A stretch of 63,904 bases of DNA, filler included, from Caldilineae bacterium (GTDB taxonomy: Bacteria > Chloroflexota > Anaerolineae > DTLA01): NCBI GenBank assembly GCA_037446815.1. It is 6 parts of 6 records of this genome, joined end to end, with 100 filler letters (N's around TTAATTAATTAA, not from the genome) between each part and the next. Parts side by side here need not be neighbours in the genome. Positions count along the whole stretch, not along the records: positions 1 to 12,210 come from JBBIHX010000079.1; positions 12,311 to 24,484 come from JBBIHX010000080.1; 4 more parts are not named here. One strand, written 5' to 3'. This document shows positions 10,847 to 17,934 of this stretch, piece after piece. Each line of letters begins with the position of its first letter. Positions within the stretch are counted from its first letter, which is position 1. Below the pieces are notes generated by a model that was not told the DNA's origin, did no database searches, and saw only the letters and a program-made list of their open reading frames with translations. A program made the translations under genes and the position numbers.

Positions 10847-11953
10847 CTACACCACCCGCACCATCATCTCGCGGGACGCGAACGTCTCCTCGGGCCCGCT
10901 TGACCCCGGCGAAGCCAACACCCGGACGCGGACGCGCACGAACATCTCGCCCCTGCGCCCAACGGGGACAATCTGGTGGAACTGCCTGCGTCCGCTGCTC
11001 GGAATTACGCTCGTCTCGTTGGCATGCTCGCGGCCCTGGGCGTCCGACTCGGTGTCGTAGGAGAGCCAGGTCTCGTACGCCTGCTCCGGGCCCAGATTGA
11101 TGCGCCAGCGCACGTGAATCGGGCGGGGGAACACCACCTCCTCGGGGAGGTCCAGAATCTCAATCCAACCGGTGATGGTGTGGTATGCCCGGAACCATTT
11201 GGTCAGTTGCGCGTGCTGTCGGGAGGCCTCTTCCGCAGCCCGCTGCTCGTTCAGAGCATCTATCCTTTGAAAGATGCGGCGCTGAATGTCCTGAGGATTG
11301 GGCACTTCCAGGAAAACTACGGCCTGCGTGCGTCCCGCCGTTTCCACGATCACATCGCCGAATCCCAGGATGCCCCCCCAGAACCCCTGCTGAGCGCGGA
11401 CATTCTGCACCTGATCCAGGCGCGCCTCGGTGCGCTGGTCGTAGAGCAGCGGGAATCGCACCCGGTCAATAATGCGGTCGTTCGTCAGGATATAGACATC
11501 GTTGCGCCAGTCTATGGTATTCAGAGCAAACCAGAAACCGACCGAAAACAGCCATGCGAAATACACCCAGGACACGTAGCGCTCTGTTCCGGGCACGATA
11601 AAGGCCAGCGCTACCGTCACGATGGCCGCCGTAACCAGCAAAACCGCCCACCCAGCCATGAGCGCGCGCACTAGGGCCGTTACCCGGCGGAGCACTCCCT
11701 GCCGCTGGGAGAGCGGCGTCTGGTCGGTTGGGGCGCCGACATTGGCGACGCCCAGCACGCGCCAGATAAGCACCAGGGAGCCGAGAATCAGCGTGCCCCG
11801 AACCCACAGCCCATTGGTGGACCGGCCTATGAGCCACGCAGCCAGGAGCGTCAAGACGCCGCCAGCGGGCAGGAACGCCGCCCTCAGCAGCACAATAGGG
11901 TGGCGGCGCCAGATCTGTGGCTGGGACGGTGCCCCGGCAGACGCTTGGGACAT
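10847..11953 (-). CDS. Membrane protein with bacterial PH (bPH_2) domain and C-terminal soluble domain
   Basis: About 4 TM helices then WRNDVYILTNDRII...LDQVQNV...GFGDVIVETAG; ATG coupled to upstream stop (TGATG). Confidence 0.75.
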   Translation of the reverse strand: MSQASAGAPSQPQIWRRHPIVLLRAAFLPAGGVLTLLAAWLIGRSTNGLWVRGTLILGSLVLIWRVLGVANVGAPTDQTPLSQRQGVLRRVTALVRALMAGWAVLLVTAAIVTVALAFIVPGTERYVSWVYFAWLFSVGFWFALNTIDWRNDVYILTNDRIIDRVRFPLLYDQRTEARLDQVQNVRAQQGFWGGILGFGDVIVETAGRTQAVVFLEVPNPQDIQRRIFQRIDALNEQRAAEEASRQHAQLTKWFRAYHTITGWIEILDLPEEVVFPRPIHVRWRINLGPEQAYETWLSYDTESDAQGREHANETSVIPSSGRRQFHQIVPVGRRGEMFVRVRVRVLASPGSSGPEETFASREMMVRVV

Positions 11954-12210
11954 CACGACGTCCCCTTTCCGCTGGGCGCAACAAGCCCTTCGGCCAGCAT
12001 TCGCCGCACCCGATCCTCTTCCATGAGCGCACGCTGATACCGTGCCTCGTCCGCCGCCTTCAGTATCTCCTGTGAAATCTCCGAGGCATGCCTTACGTTG
12101 TCTATCCGAAAGGCCAGGCCAACGCTGGCGGTCTCCACCCGCACCGTTCCTAGGCCTACCCACTTCTGGAGCATGGCCGCCGAGTACGAGGCGTTCTGCA
12201 CCTTGGGCAA
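11953..12210 (-). CDS. PH-domain protein, C-terminal fragment truncated at contig end
   Basis: KVQNASY...LGTVRVETAS motif parallels the downstream paralogue. Confidence 0.65.
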   Translation of the reverse strand: MPKVQNASYSAAMLQKWVGLGTVRVETASVGLAFRIDNVRHASEISQEILKAADEARYQRALMEEDRVRRMLAEGLVAPSGKGTS

Positions 12211-12310
12211 NNNNNNNNNNNNNNNNNNNNNNNNNNNNNNNNNNNNNNNNNNNNTTAATTAATTAANNNNNNNNNNNNNNNNNNNNNNNNNNNNNNNNNN
12301 NNNNNNNNNN
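12211..12310. other. Artificial contig linker (N44-TTAATTAATTAA-N44)
   Basis: Six-frame stop linker flanked by Ns. Confidence 0.98.
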
Positions 12311-12372
12311 CGCCTCACAAATCCAGTATACGGGAGAGCTGCTCGTGTGTATGTGACTTTGGTCACCACAAA

Positions 12373-12407
12373 AACGTGCGACGCATCTCGCAGGTGCGTC
12401 GCACGTT
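12373..12407. repeat. Short palindromic repeat
   Basis: AACGTGCGACGCA-tctcgcagg-TGCGTCGCACGTT; second copy near 56542-56575. Confidence 0.7.
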
Positions 12408-12477
12408 TCTCGGTTCCGAATGCTTTTGGAATGCTGAAGCCGCGCGTCAGCATTCCAAGACTCCGTTCGCGGTCGGG

Positions 12478-14124
12478 CTATGCCTCGGCGAGGGCCGCGG
12501 CCGGTTTGCGCTCCAGCCACCGCTCCGGCACCACCAGGCTCAGGACGTTCCTCCAGCCCAGCGTGGCGATGACGTTGATGAGGAAGGCCAGGAATCCCAG
12601 CGCGATGAGAATGCCGCCGACGATGGCGAGGGTCTCGTTGGTCTGGTAAGGGCTGCCTTCGGGGTACAGGGTGCGGCGGAGCATCCCGCGCGCGCCGGCC
12701 ATCCCCATCACGTAGGCCATCCCCACCGAGCCAATCATCCACAGCCAGAAGTGGGCGTTCACCAGCGCGGCGCTCTTGATTTGCAGATTCGTGAGCATGG
12801 GAATCAGCGCGTACACAACGGCGAACAGGAGCATCGCCAGGCCGGTCAGCAGGAAGGTGTGCGCGTGCAGCGACACGACCCATTGGGTGTTGTGGAACAC
12901 CACGTTCAGGCCCACGTTGGCCTGAATCAGCCCCGCCGCGCCGCCCATGATGAACCCGAACATGGAGCCGAGGACGAACTTCAGCGGCGGCGAGAACTTG
13001 ACCGGACGCGCCAGCCAGATGGTCATCAGCGTGGCGAACAGCGTCAGGCCCATGGTGAAGAACTCGCCCCAGGTGATGAACTGGCCCGACAGGAGCCGCA
13101 TCCACAGCGGCTGGCTCTGATCGCCCAGCAGGTGGTGGCTCCACACGCCCAGCGATACCAGCAGGTCCACCATGATGACCGTTTTCACCACGTTCTCGCC
13201 GAAGAGTTTGCGCCCCACCAGCAACGGCACCAGCAGGTACCACACGCCCGCCGTGTACATCAGCACGTTGCCGTCGGCCACCATGTCCAGCCCCCACCAG
13301 AACCAGTTCTTGTAGATGAGCGGGTCAATGGCGGTGGGGTTCAGCGGTGATTTCAGCAGCGCCGCGATGCCGTAGACCAGAATCAGCGCACCTGCCGTGA
13401 GCAAGACGATGGCGTTGATGACGGTGTCAATGGAGCCGCGCGCCACCGCCACGATGAACACGGGCAGGCCGTTGTAGTCCAGGTTGGGAGCGGCCTTGTC
13501 CTCCTTGCCCAGCCGCTTCATCAGGCGCGAGATGCCAAAGGCCGCCCGCAGGAACGCGCCGAGACTGTAGGAGCCGGGATTGCTCTTGCTCAATACGGTG
13601 CTGAAGGTGTTGTACGAGAACAAGAGGATGTTGACCATGATGATGGCCGCGCCCACGGTGAAGGCGATGCTGCCGATGAGCGGCACGCGGTCATAGGACA
13701 CGGGCAGCGGCCAGTACAGCGTGTACAGCGAGTTGAACAGACCGAAGAACCCCGCGGCCCAGCACGTCATCACGCCGACAATCTGCGCCCAGAAGTTGAA
13801 GACCAGCAGTCGCTTGTGGCGCACTTCCTTGCCCAGCAGGTGCGGCACCAGGAAGTAGAACGCGCCGAACACGAGCATGTAGGCGAAGCCGTAGATGCCC
13901 ACAATGGGGTGTGCCGTGAGCATGGCGTAATACAGTTCGGCGGAGGTAACCTCGCGCCCCACCGGCCGCAGCGCCATGAGCGCCTGCTCCATCCCGTGCA
14001 GCGCGTCGGGGTCGGCCAACTGGATGCGCATGAGAATGCCCTCAAAACCGGACAGGGCCAGGAAAAGCAGGCCCACGACTGCAAATCGTAGCGTCCATTT
14101 GGTTTGCCAGTTGAGAGTCGTCAT
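12478..14124 (-). CDS. Heme-copper oxidoreductase subunit I, atypical (gNOR-like putative nitric oxide reductase)
   Basis: Polytopic membrane protein; helix-II His (MLTAHP), helix-VII HH (VWSHH), helix-X HxH (LHAHT), GMLRR; helix VI reads WFWWGLDMVADGNVL with no His or Tyr. Confidence 0.85.
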   Translation of the reverse strand: MTTLNWQTKWTLRFAVVGLLFLALSGFEGILMRIQLADPDALHGMEQALMALRPVGREVTSAELYYAMLTAHPIVGIYGFAYMLVFGAFYFLVPHLLGKEVRHKRLLVFNFWAQIVGVMTCWAAGFFGLFNSLYTLYWPLPVSYDRVPLIGSIAFTVGAAIIMVNILLFSYNTFSTVLSKSNPGSYSLGAFLRAAFGISRLMKRLGKEDKAAPNLDYNGLPVFIVAVARGSIDTVINAIVLLTAGALILVYGIAALLKSPLNPTAIDPLIYKNWFWWGLDMVADGNVLMYTAGVWYLLVPLLVGRKLFGENVVKTVIMVDLLVSLGVWSHHLLGDQSQPLWMRLLSGQFITWGEFFTMGLTLFATLMTIWLARPVKFSPPLKFVLGSMFGFIMGGAAGLIQANVGLNVVFHNTQWVVSLHAHTFLLTGLAMLLFAVVYALIPMLTNLQIKSAALVNAHFWLWMIGSVGMAYVMGMAGARGMLRRTLYPEGSPYQTNETLAIVGGILIALGFLAFLINVIATLGWRNVLSLVVPERWLERKPAAALAEA

Positions 14125-14149
14125 AAGTCATCGCTCCTTGTAGGATTGC

Positions 14150-14232
14150 CGTTGGCTGTCGGCAGTCAGCGGCCAGATGGAGTTGCAAGCCGAACGCTGA
14201 TGGCTGAATGCAGGTCGCTGACCGCTAGAGCC
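14150..14232. repeat. Heptamer-periodic inverted repeat (CAGnCAn / GCTGAnn)
   Basis: GGCAGTCAGCGGCCAG...GCTGATGGCTGA...GCTGACCGCT; similar tract at 45325-45410. Confidence 0.55.
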
Positions 14233-14235
14233 AGC

Positions 14236-14658
14236 CTACGGCGTTACGCGAATCGCATTGGGAACGTACATCTCCGAATGGCGCGGGCCCGAGTATTCCG
14301 TGGAGCGGACGTCGTACACGCCTGGCGTGTCAAATCGCCACGTGATCTTATTCTCGTAGCCCGGCAGGACCTGCATCTGGAACACCATGGTGCCATCCGG
14401 GCGGAAGACGCCGAACCCGTACGTTACGTCCTTGGATGTGGCGACGAACTGCACAAACTCGTTGACCTTGACCTGGACGCCGCCCTGTGGAAGCCGAATC
14501 TGGTAGTCCTCAAACTCCACGGGAACGACGCGGTCGGGCGTCGGGCGCGCCCAAAGGAGCCATTGCTGCCAGGGGACCAGGGGCGACAACGTGATGACGT
14601 TGACGAGCACGAAGACGCCCACGAGCACAAACAGCCAGTTTCGTTCTCGCTTGTCCAT
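14236..14658 (-). CDS. Heme-copper oxidoreductase subunit II (cupredoxin fold, CuA ligands lost)
   Basis: One N-terminal TM helix; TSKDVTYGFGV and YDVRSTEYSGPRHSEM align with DVxHxF and CxExCGxxHxxM; AGGAGG RBS. Confidence 0.85.
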   Translation of the reverse strand: MDKRERNWLFVLVGVFVLVNVITLSPLVPWQQWLLWARPTPDRVVPVEFEDYQIRLPQGGVQVKVNEFVQFVATSKDVTYGFGVFRPDGTMVFQMQVLPGYENKITWRFDTPGVYDVRSTEYSGPRHSEMYVPNAIRVTP

Positions 14659-14660
14659 CT

Positions 14661-14765
14661 TCACCCTCCTTTCTCCTTGACTTTCCAGGCGAAGAGCAGC
14701 ATGAAGAGGATGACCAGAACCAGGAACGCCGTGTAAGCCCACCAGATGACATCCGTTGCGTACAT
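14661..14765 (-). CDS. 34-aa single-TM protein, putative subunit IIa-like
   Basis: Manually translated MYATDVIWWAYTAFLVLVILFMLLFAWKVKEKGG*; AAGGAGGGAGG RBS; 3' end contains the subunit II RBS. Confidence 0.8.
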   Translation of the reverse strand: MYATDVIWWAYTAFLVLVILFMLLFAWKVKEKGG

Positions 14766-14866
14766 AGCCTCCCTCCTTGCGGGTTTCTGACCGGGGCATA
14801 TGTGTGCAGGGCGATGGTGCAATACGTGTCTTCAAGAGTAGTGTAACGAGGCCGCAATTCGCCGTA

Positions 14867-14882
14867 TGTAACTTTTGTCGCA
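14867..14882. promoter_or_regulatory. Candidate Crp/Fnr-family operator
   Basis: TGTAAC-TTTT-GTCGCA imperfect palindrome with Crp geometry (TGTnA-N6-TCnCA), ~100 bp upstream of the oxidase operon. Confidence 0.4.
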
Positions 14883-15037
14883 AATGGCCAACGAATTCTC
14901 GACCACGGCACCGGCGGCCGATGCCGTGAACGCAGGGGCGCGAAGGGTCTCGGCGGTGAGACGCCTCGCAGGGCTTGGCGGCAGCGGGGCTTCTCACAGC
15001 ATATTGTGAGAATTCCTAACAAGGGCGCTGAAGGGTC

Positions 15038-15076
15038 TTGACTTTCTGCCCTACACGTACTATAATACACGTGTAG
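15038..15076 (+). promoter_or_regulatory. Sigma70 promoter with overlapping inverted repeat
   Basis: TTGACT-17-TATAAT (15038-15066); CTACACGT-N10-ACGTGTAG (15051-15076) brackets the -10 box. Confidence 0.75.
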
Positions 15077-15252
15077 AGATCCTTCAACCCTTGTGCCTCA
15101 TCTGGTCAACACTCATGGCACCTCGGCGACGCTCGGCGAGCGAAAGGAGGGTGCTGCGGCGTTTCATCCTGCGGTCATCATTCGCGCTCCGACAAGTCCC
15201 TAGGCCCTTGCGCCGTTGATTGCCGGGAGCGCCTTTGCAAGGAGTGAAAACA

Positions 15253-16407
15253 ATGAGACTTTGGCGTGATCCACAAAAGGCCCTCGTCATGGTCGCAGCG
15301 GGGATACTCCTGCTCCTCCTGGGCTGCGGCTTCACCGGCGATGGCACGTCGCAGCGCGCCACGCCCCAGCCCACAACGCCGCCGCTGGTGGTGGCCACCG
15401 CCACGCCCCTGCCCCAGCAGGACTACGAGGCGTTGGAACTGGAAGAGCGCCTGCTGGTCAACCTGTTCCAGCGGGTGGGCCCGTCGGTCGTGCACATCCA
15501 GGTAACGACGGCGACCGGCTCCGGTTCGGGTTCGGGCTTCTTCTACGATGCCGACGGCCACATCGTTACCAACAATCACGTCGTGGAGGATGCGGAGACC
15601 ATCCGCGTGGTGCTGGCCGACGGCACGACGGTGCCCGCCGAGGTGGTGGGGACCGATCCCGATGCCGACCTGGCGGTCATCGTGGTGGACGCGCCCGCGG
15701 CGCTCGTGGTGCCCGCCGAACTGGGCGATTCGGGCAAAGTCCAGGTGGGGCAATGGGCCATCGCCATCGGCAACCCGTTCGGGCTGGAACGCACGGTTAC
15801 TCGCGGCATCATCAGCGCCTTGGGGAGGGTTTTTCCCCAGGAGAGCGGGTTCTCCATCGCCAACCTGATTCAGACCGATGCCGCCATCAATCCGGGCAAC
15901 TCCGGCGGGCCGCTGCTGGACTTGCGGGGCCGCGTCATCGGGGTCAACACCATGATTATCTCGGAGACCGGCGCGTCGGCGGGCCTGGGGTTTGCCATTC
16001 CCGTGAACATCGTCAAGAAGGTGGTGCCCGCGCTCATCCGGGACGGCTTCTACGCGCACCCGTGGCTGGGCATCCGCGGGTACACCATCACGCCTGAACT
16101 GGTGGAGGCGCTGAGCCTGCCGGTGGACCGCGGCGCGCTGGTGGGCGAAGTAACATCCGGCGGCCCGGCCGCGAAGGCGGGGCTTCGCGGGGGGCGGCGC
16201 ACCGTGCGCATCCCGGGCTACGTGGAGCCGGTGCAGGCCGGCGGCGACATCATCGTGAGCATAGACGGCACCCGCGTAACCGGCATGGATTCGCTCATCA
16301 GTTACCTGGATTTCACCGAGGCCGGGCAAGTGGTGGTGCTGGACGTGATTCGCGGGACGGAGCGGCTGTCCATCCAGGTAACCCTGGGGCAGCGTCCGCG
16401 CGACTAA
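15253..16407 (+). CDS. htrA: HtrA/DegP-family serine protease with PDZ domain, lipoprotein
   Basis: LLLLGC lipobox-like; [27 protein letters not shown]; one PDZ domain. Confidence 0.9.
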   Translation: MRLWRDPQKALVMVAAGILLLLLGCGFTGDGTSQRATPQPTTPPLVVATATPLPQQDYEALELEERLLVNLFQRVGPSVVHIQVTTATGSGSGSGFFYDADGHIVTNNHVVEDAETIRVVLADGTTVPAEVVGTDPDADLAVIVVDAPAALVVPAELGDSGKVQVGQWAIAIGNPFGLERTVTRGIISALGRVFPQESGFSIANLIQTDAAINPGNSGGPLLDLRGRVIGVNTMIISETGASAGLGFAIPVNIVKKVVPALIRDGFYAHPWLGIRGYTITPELVEALSLPVDRGALVGEVTSGGPAAKAGLRGGRRTVRIPGYVEPVQAGGDIIVSIDGTRVTGMDSLISYLDFTEAGQVVVLDVIRGTERLSIQVTLGQRPRD

Positions 16408-16421
16408 TGGGGAGGCTTGGC

Positions 16422-16763
16422 GTGAGCGACAGTCCGTCGCCTCAGGAACCTTGCTACGTCATCAGCGTTGCAGCGAAAATGGTGGGCGTGCACCCTCAGA
16501 CGCTCCGCTACTACGAGAGCCTGGGGCTTATCAAGCCGTGCCGCTCGCCGGGGAACAGGCGGCTGTACTCGCCCAGCGACATTGAACGATTGCGGCAGAT
16601 TCAGCGTCTTACGGATGAACTAGGCGTCAACCTTGCGGGGGTGGAAACCATCCTCTCGCTTATGGACCAGGTAGCGCGGATGAAGGCAGAGATGGAGGCT
16701 CTGCAGAGGCGCTTTGAACGCGAGATCGCCCTGCTCAAGGGCAAGTCGCAGGGTAGCGAATAG
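16422..16763 (+). CDS. hspR: HspR-like MerR-family heat-shock regulator
   Basis: YVISVAAKMVGVHPQTLRYYE, GNRRLYS, ELGVNLAGVE; GTG after GGAGG (alternative ATG 16407). Confidence 0.85.
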   Translation: MSDSPSPQEPCYVISVAAKMVGVHPQTLRYYESLGLIKPCRSPGNRRLYSPSDIERLRQIQRLTDELGVNLAGVETILSLMDQVARMKAEMEALQRRFEREIALLKGKSQGSE

Positions 16764-16800
16764 GCGGATTGGAATCGGATCATGCAGACAGGAGGACGAA

Positions 16801-17892
16801 ATGTTTGACGAAAAGGATGTTCGTGAACTGGCTGCCTTCCATGCAGATGGAGCCGCGGTGTTGAGCCTGTACCTGAGCACAGATCCTTCCCGCCACATCA
16901 AGGACGAAACGAGATTGAACCTGAGAAGCATGCTGAAGCAAGCGGTGGCGCTGGGCGCGGCCCAGTCCGATGCAGACCGCATGGAGCGTTTCGTGGATTT
17001 GGAATACGACTGGCAAGCCAAAGGGCTGGCGATGTTCTCCTGCCAGGAGGGCGATTTCTGGCGCGCCTACCCGTTGAGCGTGCCCATCAGCAACCACGTC
17101 TTCGTGGCCGACCGGCCCTATGTGAAGCCGTTGAGCGACATCCTGGACGAGTACGGCAAGTTCGCCGTCGCTCTGATTGACCAAGAGGGGACCCGAATCG
17201 TTCTGTACCATTTGGGCGTTGTGGAGGACACGGCGGGCACATTCGGCGCCGAGTTGAAGCGGCACAAGCAGGGCGGCTGGGCGGCCCAGCGATTGCAGCG
17301 CCGCGAGGACGCCAAAGCCCACCAGAACCTCAAGGACGCCGTCGCGCTTGTCAAGGACTTCTGCAACAAGCATCAGTGCAAACGCCTCATCGTGGGCGGG
17401 CAGGACGAAACCGTGTCAAAGTTTCTGGCCATGCTGCCCAAAGCCCTCCGCGATAGCGTCATCGGCACCATGCCTATAGACATCACGGCGTCGGAGAGCG
17501 AGGCGTTGGAGCGGGCCCAGGACTTGCTGGAGCGGGCCGAGCGGGAGCGGGAGGCTTCCCTCGTGCAGCAGATGATCACAGCGGCGACCAAGGGCGGGCC
17601 GGGCGCCATCGGCCTGGCTGATACCCTGACCGCGCTGCAAGAGGAGCGCGTCCACGTCCTGCTCGTGGAGGAGGGGTTCCAGGCCACCGCGTACCGATGC
17701 GATCACTGTGGCTACATTGGGGCGCAGAAGACCAAAACGTGCGTATACTGCGGCGGGCCTATGGTTGCCGTCAAGGACGCCGTGGATGCCATCGTCCGCC
17801 GCGCCATTCAGCGAGGCGTAGAAGTGGAATTCGTGCAGGGGAACGACGATTTGAAACGCGCGGGGCAAATCGGCGCGATTCTTCGGTACTGA
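16801..17892 (+). CDS. Bacterial archaeo-eukaryotic release factor (aRF1/eRF1/Vms1-like, baeRF-type) protein
   Basis: LSLYL N-domain, RPYVKPL, HKQGGWAAQRLQR at the GGQ-loop position, CxxC..CxxC zinc ribbon, terminal IGAILRY. Confidence 0.8.
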   Translation: MFDEKDVRELAAFHADGAAVLSLYLSTDPSRHIKDETRLNLRSMLKQAVALGAAQSDADRMERFVDLEYDWQAKGLAMFSCQEGDFWRAYPLSVPISNHVFVADRPYVKPLSDILDEYGKFAVALIDQEGTRIVLYHLGVVEDTAGTFGAELKRHKQGGWAAQRLQRREDAKAHQNLKDAVALVKDFCNKHQCKRLIVGGQDETVSKFLAMLPKALRDSVIGTMPIDITASESEALERAQDLLERAEREREASLVQQMITAATKGGPGAIGLADTLTALQEERVHVLLVEEGFQATAYRCDHCGYIGAQKTKTCVYCGGPMVAVKDAVDAIVRRAIQRGVEVEFVQGNDDLKRAGQIGAILRY

Positions 17893-17934
17893 ACCTGCAC
17901 CTACGGCCGGTACACGCCGGCGAGGTGAGACTCT

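Noticed and set aside
12255..12266. TTAATTAATTAA repeated five times at ~12-kb spacing as a biological motif
   Set aside because: Always embedded in N44 runs; an artificial six-frame stop linker
12478..14658. Aerobic cytochrome c oxidase (aa3/ba3/cbb3)
   Set aside because: No helix-VI His/Tyr, no CuA ligands and no heme-c subunits
15004..15022. Rex operator (TTGTGAgaattccTAACAA)
   Set aside because: 19 bp rather than 18 and several mismatches; too weak to call
15037..15057. HAIR operator for HspR
   Set aside because: Only a half-site-like CTTGACT coinciding with the -35 box; no ACTCAAG arm
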